Assembly (NCBI GenBank): GCA_964647565.1
Contig: CAZYIM010000002.1
Location: 69,222-133,221 of the forward strand
Direction: 5' to 3'
Source: an uncultured Methanosarcinales archaeon
GTDB lineage: Archaea; Nanobdellota; Nanobdellia; Woesearchaeales; CAZYIM01
DNA: 64,000 nucleotides
In this document: positions 1-9,249 of the stretch, piece after piece
Position numbering within the stretch: position 1 is the stretch's first letter
How the letters are laid out: each line of letters starts with the position of its first letter
The notes under the pieces: generated by a model
The model's input: only the letters and a program-made list of their open reading frames with translations
Database searches by the model: none
What the model was told of the DNA's origin: nothing
Program-made: the position numbers and the translations under genes

Positions 1-1
1 C

Positions 2-280
2 AATCTCACTGGATATATCATTGATCCAATGGAACACAGGGATCTGGAGAACCAGCTTAAAACGCAAAACCAAAGCATAAAGATCATTTATCACAATCAT
101 GTAGATAAGCATGCCTATTTCTCAGAAACTGACATAAAGTATGCCCTTTGGCATGGTGAACCAACCCAGCCAGGCGTCCACTATCTGGTCTGCAGTATCA
201 GGAATATGATGCCTGCTGGTGCTGTTTTAGCCATGTTCAATTCAGTTTCAGAGGTTTTTGATGTTGTAAAGATTGAATGA
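2..280 (+). CDS. JAB1/MPN (JAMM) metalloprotease, M67/Mec-like; 5'-truncated by window edge
   Basis: HNHVDKHAYFSETD fits the JAMM HxH-x7-S-x2-D motif; frame is open from position 2. Confidence 0.75.
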   Translation, partial: NLTGYIIDPMEHRDLENQLKTQNQSIKIIYHNHVDKHAYFSETDIKYALWHGEPTQPGVHYLVCSIRNMMPAGAVLAMFNSVSEVFDVVKIE

Positions 281-435
281 TTGGTGGCCTAAAGAAAAAT
301 ATTTAGATTTTCGGAGATCTTCTGATTTTTTTGGGTAAACACTTATTAAGATATTTTCTCAAATGTTGATGGTGGTAAGATAGAATAAGAATCTTTATAT
401 ATAAGCTGTTATATACAGACTATAGGTGATATATA

Positions 436-660
436 ATGGCATCAACAACAATCCAGCTTGAGAAATCGCTTGTCGATTCGCTAAAAGAGATTCGACAATA
501 TCCTAGGCAGACATATAACGAACTTATTGAACAGATGATTAAAGTGTTTAAGGCTGTAAAGGAAAGAAACCAGTACGATGAATTCCTGCATAAGGTGCAG
601 AGCGCAAAGATGAAGGAATTATGGGATAACAAGGAAGATGAGGTTTGGGATGACGCTTAA
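436..660 (+). CDS. putative antitoxin (RHH-like N-terminus)
   Basis: TTIQLEK...ETY-like QTYNELI N-terminus; acidic 'ELWDNKEDEVWD' tail; overlaps the downstream toxin. Confidence 0.7.
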   Translation: MASTTIQLEKSLVDSLKEIRQYPRQTYNELIEQMIKVFKAVKERNQYDEFLHKVQSAKMKELWDNKEDEVWDDA

Positions 661-964
661 ATCTGGTGATGTAGTACTGGCCAGGGTCCAATTCACAGAC
701 ACTTTCGAGATCAAGAAGAGACCTGTCCTCATATTGTTTGAGGAATTTGATAATGTAGTTGTTGCAGGTATTACTAGCAATCTGGGCATGAAGGGAATTC
801 GGTTGACTAAAAAAGAGGGTGCGCTCAAAGATAGTGTTATTAAACTGAACTATATATTCACTGTTTCGAGTGTTATGATCGAGAAGAAATTGTTCTCATT
901 ATCTCCAGAAAAAAGAAATATTGTTTATAAAGGTTTGAGGACTAAGATTGATGGCCTGAAATAA
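650..964 (+). CDS. MazF/PemK-family toxin
   Basis: GDVVL..QFTD...KKRPVLI...GITS motifs; ATG 650 preferred as start. Confidence 0.85.
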   Translation: MTLKSGDVVLARVQFTDTFEIKKRPVLILFEEFDNVVVAGITSNLGMKGIRLTKKEGALKDSVIKLNYIFTVSSVMIEKKLFSLSPEKRNIVYKGLRTKIDGLK

Positions 965-972
965 AGAAAAAG

Positions 973-1401
973 TTATTTTGCTTGGCCTACTATGAACGGA
1001 TCTGTGTTTAGTTCTTTTACACTGAACAGTGGTTTGTGATTGTAAGCGTTGTAGAAATCCATTCTCCATCCATATGCTGAGGGTTGGATGTGGGAGATGA
1101 GAAGACCGCCTGGTGTGACTCCCTGGTTTTCAATATGGATGAGATATGCCCTTGAATTAAGGAATATGTCGCTTACTGGTTCATTTTTTTGTTTTTTTTG
1201 AAGTTGGGCCTTTCCTCTGGCCGCATAATCTGCAAGCTCGTTATAGACAAGGTTGCTCTCGTTGATTTTCTTGATAGTCTTTTCAAGAACATCCAAAGGA
1301 TAATTTTTTTGATGGACTTCAATTTTAAACTTCCATTTTGGAAAGTTTTCTTTTATGATCAATGTTAGTTCATCTTTCATTCGTTGTTTTCTTGTGCACA
1401 T
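973..1401 (-). CDS. hypothetical protein
   Basis: 142-aa ORF, no recognised motif. Confidence 0.55.
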   Translation of the reverse strand: MCTRKQRMKDELTLIIKENFPKWKFKIEVHQKNYPLDVLEKTIKKINESNLVYNELADYAARGKAQLQKKQKNEPVSDIFLNSRAYLIHIENQGVTPGGLLISHIQPSAYGWRMDFYNAYNHKPLFSVKELNTDPFIVGQAK

Positions 1402-1412
1402 ATTTACCGCCT

Positions 1413-2000
1413 TTATTGTTTACTTCTTTTCATCAATTGTTTGTGATTTTGACTGATATATTGGTTGATCGGGTCGAAGATTACATCCAAAGGGACTGTT
1501 TTTGGATCTATATTCCTTCTTTGTAACCTTGTTGTAAGGTAATCTAAATAGTCCTGGCCATGAGACTTGCCTGCCAGTGCAGTGCGCCACACGCTGTCTC
1601 TTGAACTTGTTGCCTTTACACTCCAAAGACGTTTTTTCCAAAATTTATTCTCGTCAATGTTCAAACTTAACTTTAAATCCTTATTTTTATAATGTAATGA
1701 TTTTATTGGTTTTAAAAGATATTTAGTCAGGCTTGCATCCCCGTATACCTGATCCCCATACCATATGTCAAAGTCAAATACTCTGGCAATGTAAAGAACT
1801 TTTTGATTACCTTCAGTTGTGTAGTGATCGTAACGTTGATTGCTGAAATATCGTTGCTTGTTAACAGTTGCGCGTCGATCGAATAATTTGTGGCCTTCAT
1901 CCTTTAGTTCGAGGGATGGACTGGGTGTTTTCTTTGGAATGCGTCTGGGTTTCCTTCCAGATGTATCGTTAAATATTATTGTTGATTTGATTTTAGTTCC
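1413..2000 (-). CDS. hypothetical protein or pseudogene; open frame of about 195 codons with no canonical upstream start
   Basis: Frame of ORF 1413..1664 stays open upstream to a TGA at 2001-2003; first ATG/GTG/TTG is TTG 1664. Confidence 0.4.
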   Translation of the reverse strand, partial: GTKIKSTIIFNDTSGRKPRRIPKKTPSPSLELKDEGHKLFDRRATVNKQRYFSNQRYDHYTTEGNQKVLYIARVFDFDIWYGDQVYGDASLTKYLLKPIKSLHYKNKDLKLSLNIDENKFWKKRLWSVKATSSRDSVWRTALAGKSHGQDYLDYLTTRLQRRNIDPKTVPLDVIFDPINQYISQNHKQLMKRSKQ

Positions 2001-2155
2001 TCAGTAACTTTTTTTGAGGAAGAGTTGATCGGATTCTTGCCAGACAAAAATCCGATCCGTTTTTTCCTCATTTTCTCGGGCGAGAAATTATGAATGTGAT
2101 ATCAAGAAAGCCAGATCGGATCCTGGTTTCCTTGGATATCCGATCTGTTTTCTTC
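1997..2155. repeat. two related hairpins GATCGGAT-N15/16-ATCCGATC plus two small hairpins
   Basis: Stems at 2027-2057 and 2114-2145 with similar flanks; TTCCTCA/TGAGGAA at 1997-2021; TTTCTCG/CGAGAAA at 2072-2087. Confidence 0.7.
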
Positions 2156-2256
2156 TCAGTCGATATTTTGATGTTAACTACTTATATGTAAGTACTTGTT
2201 GATATTTAAAAGTTTGTACCGAAAACTTTAAATATTATTATAAATATAAACATATT

Positions 2257-3222
2257 ATGGATAAAATTCAGAAACTTGATAAGAAAAATCAGAAGCTGTT
2301 ATTGGGGCTCTTTAAGTCTGGCAGGGCGTCGTTTAGAGAGCTCGGCAGGAAGATTGGTGTCTCGACAGAGATGGCTCGCTATCGTCTTGAACGCCTGGAA
2401 AAAAACTGTGTGTTAAGAAGGGTGACGCCGTTAATAGATTTTGCATGCCTTGGCTTTGTTACTTATCGATTGCAGCTGCAGTTTGGAACGTGTACAAAAG
2501 AGGAGAAAGAGGATTTTTTTAGGACAGCCTCTGGAATAAAGCAGTTCAGATGGGTGGTGAGGTTGACTGGCAATTGGGACATGCTGATGTATTTTCTTGT
2601 AAAGGACCATACGGAGTTCTCAAAAATTTATGATGTGTTGATGCATAAGCATGGACGTATTGTGAAGGACAGGATAATAAGCACAACCACCCGGCTCTAT
2701 CATCTAGCTCCAGAATATATACGCAGTAATAAGGCTGCTGAAAGACGTCTATATATAACACATCAAAATTTTGATAAGGTTGAAATAGATGGGCTTGACG
2801 TAAAGATCATAAATGCTCTGCTAAAAGATGGCAGGGTTTCGTTATCAGATATGGCTAGTACTCTTAAGATGCCTTTTTCTACAATAAGGCGAAGATTTGA
2901 AATCCTGAAGACAAAAGGTATAATCGTTGGCTTTGTTCCTATGATAGAGAATGAAACGATTGGATATCATCATTTTAAGATCATGATACGGCTTGCGAAT
3001 TATGATGATAAGAATAAGTTGCTTACAAGATTGTCACAGCATCCTAACGTTACCTATATATTTGAGTCCATGGGGAAATATGACCTTGAGTTTGATGCAA
3101 ATTTTAGGTCGGAGTTTATGGTGCAGAAATTTGTTAGGGAGCTTTCAGATGAGATTGCTGTCAGTGAGTTTGATGTCCTATACTTTGAAGAAGAGAAAGT
3201 TGTTAATGAGCCTCCATTCTAG
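2257..3222 (+). CDS. tandem-duplicated Lrp/AsnC transcriptional regulator
   Basis: Two HTH-RAM units (LDKKNQKLL...GRAS and IDGLDVKII...DGRVS; G.WD/G.YD motifs). Confidence 0.9.
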   Translation: MDKIQKLDKKNQKLLLGLFKSGRASFRELGRKIGVSTEMARYRLERLEKNCVLRRVTPLIDFACLGFVTYRLQLQFGTCTKEEKEDFFRTASGIKQFRWVVRLTGNWDMLMYFLVKDHTEFSKIYDVLMHKHGRIVKDRIISTTTRLYHLAPEYIRSNKAAERRLYITHQNFDKVEIDGLDVKIINALLKDGRVSLSDMASTLKMPFSTIRRRFEILKTKGIIVGFVPMIENETIGYHHFKIMIRLANYDDKNKLLTRLSQHPNVTYIFESMGKYDLEFDANFRSEFMVQKFVRELSDEIAVSEFDVLYFEEEKVVNEPPF

Positions 3223-3244
3223 GAGATTCTTCAGATGCATATTG

Positions 3245-3760
3245 TTAATCAATTATTTCGTTAATCTTTGCAATAAACTTTTTTGCTTTTTCGTATATTT
3301 CTTCAACTCTTCTTTGCGTGTATATTTTTGTGGCACTGTATCTGCTCACTGAGCTTTCAGTTCTTGCTTCCTTGAAGTAGTCTATGTAATCATCTTCAAA
3401 TATCTTGTGAGCTTGGTCTAGAAGCTCTAAGTCTTCTTTTTCAATCTCATCTGGCACAAGAAGATGGCTGAGAGCGATTTGTGTTGAGTAGTGATCATCT
3501 GTTTCATATCCTTTTGTTAGAATTATAGCTTTTGCTAGATATAACATGGAGTAATAGCAGATAGTGATGGTCCAGTAATCCCTTGCAGGCTCATCAGATT
3601 CTTTGATGGATCTTGCCAGATCAAAACTATCATTTCCTTTTTTTACAAACTTTTTTATCTTAAAGCTGGCGTTGCTTTCTCTTATGAAAAACTTGTGTGC
3701 TTCTGACTCTTTCAAGAGTTTATTAAATTCTTTTTCATATGTTTCTTTGTTAAATTCCAT
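3245..3760 (-). CDS. HEPN domain protein
   Basis: WTITICYYSM..AKAIIL..G...DH; AR..RY motifs; coupled to the MNT gene. Confidence 0.85.
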   Translation of the reverse strand: MEFNKETYEKEFNKLLKESEAHKFFIRESNASFKIKKFVKKGNDSFDLARSIKESDEPARDYWTITICYYSMLYLAKAIILTKGYETDDHYSTQIALSHLLVPDEIEKEDLELLDQAHKIFEDDYIDYFKEARTESSVSRYSATKIYTQRRVEEIYEKAKKFIAKINEIID

Positions 3761-4334
3761 TTTTATTCTTCCAGATAATGTTCCAGAAATATTCTTCTCC
3801 GTGCAGTATTATATGTTTTTTTAGTATTTCATTTGTAAGATTATGTTCTTCTTCATTTAACATGGCTTTGAATTCTTTTCTTGAAAAGAATAAGGGATTT
3901 ACTTTTACATCATATAGGTGCTCGAATTGTGAAAAATTAATATTGTTTTTTCCATCTTTATTTACGGCGCAGATATCAACATCACTTTTCTTCCTGTGTG
4001 TTTCATTTGCTCTTGATCCAAAAATTATTAAAGTATATTCTCCCTCAGGTAAATTCTTTTTAATTAACTTGAATTCAGGGTATTTTGTTAAGAAGGAATC
4101 TGTCATTTTCCGTTCAGCTAGGATGAGATAGTTTTTTGTGATGTTATCATCCTTCTTTAATGATACAAGCTTGATGTTTCCTTTCTGATTGATTCTGAAT
4201 AATTCCTTATTTGCTTCGATAAGTCTGTGTGTTGTAGTATTTGGTACACTTGATTCTATTGAAAGCTGTCTGATTGGTATATCATCATTCATGTGTTTTC
4301 CTAAAAAATATATTAATCTAAAAAGATTTCCCAT
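3750..4334 (-). CDS. wHTH-minimal nucleotidyltransferase (MNT) antitoxin
   Basis: IIFGSRA...SDVD motif; overlaps the HEPN gene. Confidence 0.88.
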   Translation of the reverse strand: MGNLFRLIYFLGKHMNDDIPIRQLSIESSVPNTTTHRLIEANKELFRINQKGNIKLVSLKKDDNITKNYLILAERKMTDSFLTKYPEFKLIKKNLPEGEYTLIIFGSRANETHRKKSDVDICAVNKDGKNNINFSQFEHLYDVKVNPLFFSRKEFKAMLNEEEHNLTNEILKKHIILHGEEYFWNIIWKNKNGI

Positions 4335-4404
4335 TTTTGGTAAATATTTACCATATTTAGTATTTAAGTTTTTCGGTTTTGTGGTAAAATAGAGACGAAT
4401 GATC

Positions 4405-5016
4405 TTATCTGAATAGGTTGGCGATAAGATTGTAGATTTTCTTTAATGGGATCTCTGCCTGTGTCTGATAGTACAGTCTTCTTCCAAATAGGAGGCTATT
4501 TTTTGAGGTCAGGCCAACATTGAGATTAGCGAAGCTGGTGTTGTAACCTATCTTGCCGCCGATGTTGCCCAGGTATTCGGTATTCATGCTTGCAGAGCCG
4601 CTCAGGCTGAACTTTTTTAGGAACGTGGTGCTTAAAGCAGTTGAGAGATTATTCATTTGCTGATCTAAATCTGCTTGGTTCCTTGCAATGCCTGAGGTAA
4701 GCTTATAAGGTTGGAATGTTACACTTGCATTTACTTTGCCAATACTTTTATTGTATTTGAGCTTAAAAGCAGTGTAGCTGTTGGCCTTTCGAAGTGTGTT
4801 TTCTTCTCCGAGATAACTTGCCTTGTTCATATCAAGATTATCTGTTCCTGCCTCTGCAACTATTTCCAATGCTCCGATTCTAGCTGCCCGATAGCTTAGA
4901 TAAGTCTTTTGACCAACAGTTGTGCCTGAACTCTTGTTGAGCTTAAGCTTGGTCTGTGCAAAACTAGATGTTGTCAATAAGATTGCTAACATAGTGATAA
5001 ATCTTTTTCCTTTCAT
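4405..5016 (-). CDS. secreted hypothetical beta-rich protein
   Basis: Signal peptide ending SSFA; alternating beta-strand pattern. Confidence 0.6.
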   Translation of the reverse strand: MKGKRFITMLAILLTTSSFAQTKLKLNKSSGTTVGQKTYLSYRAARIGALEIVAEAGTDNLDMNKASYLGEENTLRKANSYTAFKLKYNKSIGKVNASVTFQPYKLTSGIARNQADLDQQMNNLSTALSTTFLKKFSLSGSASMNTEYLGNIGGKIGYNTSFANLNVGLTSKNSLLFGRRLYYQTQAEIPLKKIYNLIANLFR

Positions 5017-5111
5017 TAGACCTGGGGAGTGAGAATTCTTATTTATTCTTTTTGGTGTTTTCGCAGTAAGATTTATATAGTTTATTCCTTTTTTTTCTTA
5101 TGGGTGGTTTG

Positions 5112-5717
5112 ATGATTGTGACTATTTCAGGATTGGCTGGTTCTGGTAAGAACAAGCTGGGTGATTTTCTATCAGAGGAGTTTGAGAAGCATACAGGCCA
5201 TAAGCATGAGCGGTTTTCGGCAGGTGATTTTAGGAGGGCGCTTGCTGACAAACATGGCATGTCCATTATTGAATTGAACAAGATCGGCGAGACAGAGTCT
5301 TGGACTGATCTTGAAGCTGACATGATGCAGATGGAGTATGCCAAGAAGTACGAGCACATGGTTGTTGATGGTAGGCTTAGCTTTTATTTCATGAAGAAGG
5401 CGATTGACCAGTTTGGTCTTGACAGGCAGTTGTTGAACATATATATAGATGTCTCTGATGAAGAGGCTGCCAACAGGATATGGAAAGATATCTCAATTAA
5501 GGGTGCCAACAGAAATGAGGGTGAGTTCGGCTCTAAGGAAGAGGTGCTGAAGAGCATCAGGGAAAGGAAGCAGTCTGACATAGTGAGATATGGCACGCAT
5601 TACCGCGGCCTTAATCCATACCAAAAACATCATTATCATTTCTATCTTGACTCATCTGATCTAAAAGAAGCTGCAGTAAAAGATGCTGTCCTTGAATACG
5701 TCAAGACGCATTTTTAG
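5112..5717 (+). CDS. cmk: cytidylate kinase, archaeal type
   Basis: IVTISGLAGSGK P-loop, SAGDFRR, VVDGRLS, R..SD..RY motifs. Confidence 0.85.
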   Translation: MIVTISGLAGSGKNKLGDFLSEEFEKHTGHKHERFSAGDFRRALADKHGMSIIELNKIGETESWTDLEADMMQMEYAKKYEHMVVDGRLSFYFMKKAIDQFGLDRQLLNIYIDVSDEEAANRIWKDISIKGANRNEGEFGSKEEVLKSIRERKQSDIVRYGTHYRGLNPYQKHHYHFYLDSSDLKEAAVKDAVLEYVKTHF

Positions 5718-5870
5718 CAGTATCTGACTTTATGTTTGTCTTGGATCTACTGTCTTTTCTATTTGACCCTGGTTATCTTATATTGTGGATGTTATCTTCT
5801 TTATAATCTTCACTCTTTTAAAGTAGTGTATTGGACAATATTTATATATCTTCTTCACTTTCCCTTTCAG

Positions 5871-6290
5871 ATGATAGAGCTTGAAAATGATGTCCGCACT
5901 TTTGTAGAGGAAAAAGGACTCCGGGATTTATATTCTGACTTAACTGAATGTTTTGACAAGTTCAGCAAAGAAAATGAAAACTTTCCCTACAAACTTTGCA
6001 AGCCTGGCAGTATCTATGTTGCGAATGGCAGCAGATTCCTGGTCAGGATCTGGGGGGATGAATTCTATATACCTGATTATTTCAAGAGCGGAAAACCCCT
6101 TAGACAGGTCCATTATTTCAACTACTATGAACCTCCTGATGCCATAATTGATATTGCAGTATCCCAATTTGATGTACATTTTGAAGATATCAAGATACCC
6201 GAAGTATTGTTATTAGCAAGAGACCATTGGTTTGTCAAGAAACACTACAGTCTGAATAGGAAGAACCTGCTTCCTTCAGATACATTTTAA
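5871..6290 (+). CDS. hypothetical protein
   Basis: ATG after a TATA-like TTTATATA; H..N...IIDIA.SQF pattern of papain-like folds (weak). Confidence 0.5.
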   Translation: MIELENDVRTFVEEKGLRDLYSDLTECFDKFSKENENFPYKLCKPGSIYVANGSRFLVRIWGDEFYIPDYFKSGKPLRQVHYFNYYEPPDAIIDIAVSQFDVHFEDIKIPEVLLLARDHWFVKKHYSLNRKNLLPSDTF

Positions 6291-6314
6291 AATACATAAC
6301 TATTTCTGATAAGA

Positions 6315-6623
6315 ATGGCTGACGAAAAAATTTTGGAGATTTCAGATGACAAGCTTGACAAATACTTTAAGATAACAGGCGAGGCCTTGGAGATGGCAAG
6401 AGCAGCCCCTAAAAGAAAAGACATGCCTGATGAGGCAGAAGATTTTCTGGACATGGCCAATAGATATTACGAGGATGCAGGACATTTCAGAGAAAAAGGT
6501 GATTATGTCAATGCCTTTGCAGCGCTCAACTATGCGCACGGCTGGCTGGATGCAGGTGCCAGGATAGGCTTGTTTGAGGTCAAGGACAGCAGGTTGTTCA
6601 CTGTCGATGATGTCGATGACTAG
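6315..6623 (+). CDS. DUF357 family protein
   Basis: FLDMA.RYYEDA.HF...GD.VNAFAALNYAHGWLDAGARIG signature. Confidence 0.92.
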   Translation: MADEKILEISDDKLDKYFKITGEALEMARAAPKRKDMPDEAEDFLDMANRYYEDAGHFREKGDYVNAFAALNYAHGWLDAGARIGLFEVKDSRLFTVDDVDD

Positions 6624-7510
6624 AGATGCATCATAAGTGCTAAGTGAGTCAGGTCTGCGGCTTCTTCTACAATCTTTAGTGCCTGCATCGAGAATCTTGC
6701 GCTGGCTGCGTCAAGGTCTTGGATCTTAAGCTGCTTTTCCCTGAGTTTGCTTTTATACGTTATCAGCTCCCAGACCTTTTTTTGGTTGTTCTGGAAATAG
6801 ACTTCAAAGGCAAGTTCCAATCCTTTTTGGGACAATAGAAAGAGTTCTTTTATCTGCTTGTCTCTTTTCACATCATATTTTACACTGGTCCTCCAGGCCC
6901 TGAAGATCTCATCGCCGATCTTTTCAAGTGCAAATGCATAGGCAAAAAGTATCTTGCCGCCTGTTGAGTCTGCATAGGCATGCTTGACTATCGACCTTTC
7001 AAGAAAAAGCGCGAACTTGTTGATCTCCATGTCCCGCTCCCTTAACTTGTCCATGCTGGCCTTGTTCTCTCCGAATATGTCCTCGATTGCAGAGTCATAA
7101 AACCTGAGTATCATCTGGAAGACCTGCTTAAAGATGGTGTCAAGATTCTCGATTGATGTTCCGCTTATATCCCTTATTGTATATTTATCCCCTTTCTGCG
7201 AGATGACTGCATAGCCGATATTTGTATTGAGGTTCTTGTAGAGCTCGCCGTCAAATTCCAGCTTCATCTCATCAATGCCTTTTGCATATGCAGCGTTTAC
7301 ATAGGTGTAGGCCATCCGCCTGTGGAATCCCATCATGTTGAGTTTTGTTGAGTCTCCCTTGGCTCTTTTGCCTGACCTTAGTATCAGGTCTTTTTCATTG
7401 ATCTCTACATCTATCTCATCGCCCGCCTTTAGGCTGGTCTCCCTTATCCATTGGATGGGCAGGGTTATGGTTATCGCTTGGTTTGCCTGTTTGATTAGTT
7501 TTCTTTTCAT
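6620..7510 (-). CDS. AbrB/PhoU-domain phosphate-uptake regulator
   Basis: RKL......ITLP..W N-terminal AbrB domain; LEKIGD PhoU-like motif. Confidence 0.85.
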   Translation of the reverse strand: MKRKLIKQANQAITITLPIQWIRETSLKAGDEIDVEINEKDLILRSGKRAKGDSTKLNMMGFHRRMAYTYVNAAYAKGIDEMKLEFDGELYKNLNTNIGYAVISQKGDKYTIRDISGTSIENLDTIFKQVFQMILRFYDSAIEDIFGENKASMDKLRERDMEINKFALFLERSIVKHAYADSTGGKILFAYAFALEKIGDEIFRAWRTSVKYDVKRDKQIKELFLLSQKGLELAFEVYFQNNQKKVWELITYKSKLREKQLKIQDLDAASARFSMQALKIVEEAADLTHLALMMHL

Positions 7511-7576
7511 TGGAAATCTCCAAGATTTACAATGTCCCAGAAATGCAGAAATTCTAATTGAATTTCTGAGGACATT
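7508..7576 (+). repeat. dispersed double-hairpin repeat, copy 1
   Basis: CATTGGAAATCTCCAAGATTTACAATGTCCCAGAAAT...ATTTCTGAGGACATT resembles the reverse complement of 8601-8665. Confidence 0.6.
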
Positions 7577-7650
7577 TTTACTCTCTATTGATATAATTTA
7601 TATAAATTATATACGAAATATATAAATGTTTCCTTGACCAATGGTTAATT

Positions 7651-8472
7651 ATGAAAAAACACATCGATCTGCACATTCATTCCATCTACTCAGATGGGGT
7701 TCATACGCCCAAAGCCCTGGTTGTTGAAGCCGCTACAATCGGATTGGATGCAATCGCCATATCAGACCATGATATAACAGATTCATGGCCCGAGCTAAAA
7801 GAAGAGGCAGATAAATGGGGCCTGAATGTGATGACAGGAGTTGAGATATCCACGCCAGACTACCACATTCTCGGCTATGGTTTTGATATTAAGAATACTG
7901 ATTTACAGGATGCGCTATCTTTTTCAAGGGATATCCAGGAAGACACCTGCAAGAAGCGGATTGAGAAACTGGTTGGCATTGGCATTCCGATAAGCTTTGA
8001 TATGGTCAGAGGATATTTTCCAAAGTCCCGGCTCGGCAAGGGCAACCTGTTCATGACCATGCTTCGGGATCCTGGCTGCAGGTATTTTATCCATGAGCGG
8101 CAGGGCATGTATGATCCTGCAAAGATATTCCTGCATTACTTTGGCGATAATGCTGCGGCGTCGCATATTGACTATCTTGAAGAGTTGAGCCCTGAAGAGG
8201 CCATTGACTTGGTGCATGGCGCTGGTGGCAAGGCTTTCCTGGCGCATGCTTTTAAGGATGTCAAGGACATGTCAGAAATGGATGTCCTGTTAGGTTATGG
8301 ATTGGATGGTCTTGAAGTGCAGCCCAACTACAACGGCAACAACGGTCCTTTCAAGAAATATGCCAAGGACAATAACATATTGGTCTCATATGGTTCTGAT
8401 TTTCATGGTTTAAGATTAAGCCACAGGCCAATGCTGCTTCGAAAAGGCAATGCGATTGAGCCGTTCTGGTAG
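7651..8472 (+). CDS. PHP-domain phosphoesterase (TrpH/YciV-like)
   Basis: DLHIHS..SDG, ISDHD, GVEIS, HILGY, LAH, GSDFHG motifs. Confidence 0.92.
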   Translation: MKKHIDLHIHSIYSDGVHTPKALVVEAATIGLDAIAISDHDITDSWPELKEEADKWGLNVMTGVEISTPDYHILGYGFDIKNTDLQDALSFSRDIQEDTCKKRIEKLVGIGIPISFDMVRGYFPKSRLGKGNLFMTMLRDPGCRYFIHERQGMYDPAKIFLHYFGDNAAASHIDYLEELSPEEAIDLVHGAGGKAFLAHAFKDVKDMSEMDVLLGYGLDGLEVQPNYNGNNGPFKKYAKDNNILVSYGSDFHGLRLSHRPMLLRKGNAIEPFW

Positions 8473-8517
8473 CTTCTGATGATGTAAAATTAAGAACCAG
8501 ATTTCTTTTAATGATAT

Positions 8518-8797
8518 AAATAAGCATTCATCCACGGCACAGACGCCCTCCTTTCAGGAGTGCTACCCGCCCAAGGGTTACGCCCCTTGAGGACGTGTGC
8601 GACATCCTTAAAAATATGCTTTGCGTATTTTTGGGACACCAAAAATCTTAAAGATTTTTCAGTGTTCGCCTTTGGCTCAGTCCCACTCCTTATCTAGCCC
8701 TGCGGGAATGTATATTAACGCCTCGCCTGGCCATGGTTCGCAAGCCTCTTTGCGAACCTGAGAACGAACGAAGTAAAGTGACCATGAATGCTTATTT
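8518..8797. ncRNA. candidate structured ncRNA or MITE-like element, 280 nt, family unknown
   Basis: 14-bp perfect terminal inverted repeat AAATAAGCATTCAT/ATGAATGCTTATTT; at least five internal hairpins; more GC-rich than flanks; no ORF in the track. Confidence 0.55.
8601..8665 (-). repeat. dispersed double-hairpin repeat, copy 2
   Basis: Reverse complement ACACTGAAAAATCTTTAAGATTTTTGGTGTCCCAAAAAT...ATTTTTAAGGATGTC aligns with 7508-7576. Confidence 0.6.
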
Positions 8798-8903
8798 CTT
8801 ATTAAGGCTCTTATGTGTATAGGGGCCTTGTATGGAAAAATTTAAATATATGTTCATATCTATTTGTTACATATATGTACCAATCTGATACAAAGGTGTA
8901 ACA

Positions 8904-9215
8904 ATGAAGCAAAAACAGGTTCACTCTCCCACTCTGAAGACAGTTATGATGGTTGAGGATGTGCTTAAGAACATGGATGAGAGTGTTATAACTGTCGCTG
9001 AACTGAAACGAAGATTGCCCAGGCAGGTGAATCATAATACTCTAAAAGAGATACTGGATTACCTGGACAAGAGCAATAAAATATATATGAATGTTAAGGG
9101 TATAACATGGTTGGTCAATGATAGTCCCAAAATGAGAGAAGCTATACGGAAAGGAGTCAAGTATGATCCAGAAAAATTCCGTAAAAAGTTAGGCAATTCT
9201 TATAAATCCATTTGA
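8904..9215 (+). CDS. wHTH-like protein, probable antitoxin
   Basis: HSPTLKTVMMVE...ILDYL..SNKI pattern; upstream of a RelE-like gene; TTGTTACA/TGTAACAA inverted repeat in the promoter. Confidence 0.6.
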   Translation: MKQKQVHSPTLKTVMMVEDVLKNMDESVITVAELKRRLPRQVNHNTLKEILDYLDKSNKIYMNVKGITWLVNDSPKMREAIRKGVKYDPEKFRKKLGNSYKSI

Positions 9216-9249
9216 TGCTGGCTAAGATATGCGATAGGTCACTTCAATA

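Noticed and set aside
2001..2016. -1 programmed frameshift at the A7 run joining the upstream ORF to the long frame
   Set aside because: The -1 frame hits TGA within a few codons after the run
8518..8797. SRP RNA, RNase P RNA or a known ribozyme/riboswitch
   Set aside because: Size fits, but I could not find the SRP CAGG-GNRA-AGCA motif, the RNase P GAGGAAAGTCC or ACAGAA..GGCT regions, or a hammerhead core
9229..9237. TAG stop-codon reassignment, suggested by in-frame TAGs here and at 55229
   Set aside because: Well-defined genes (cmk, DUF357, PHP, pyrF) end at TAG at the expected lengths
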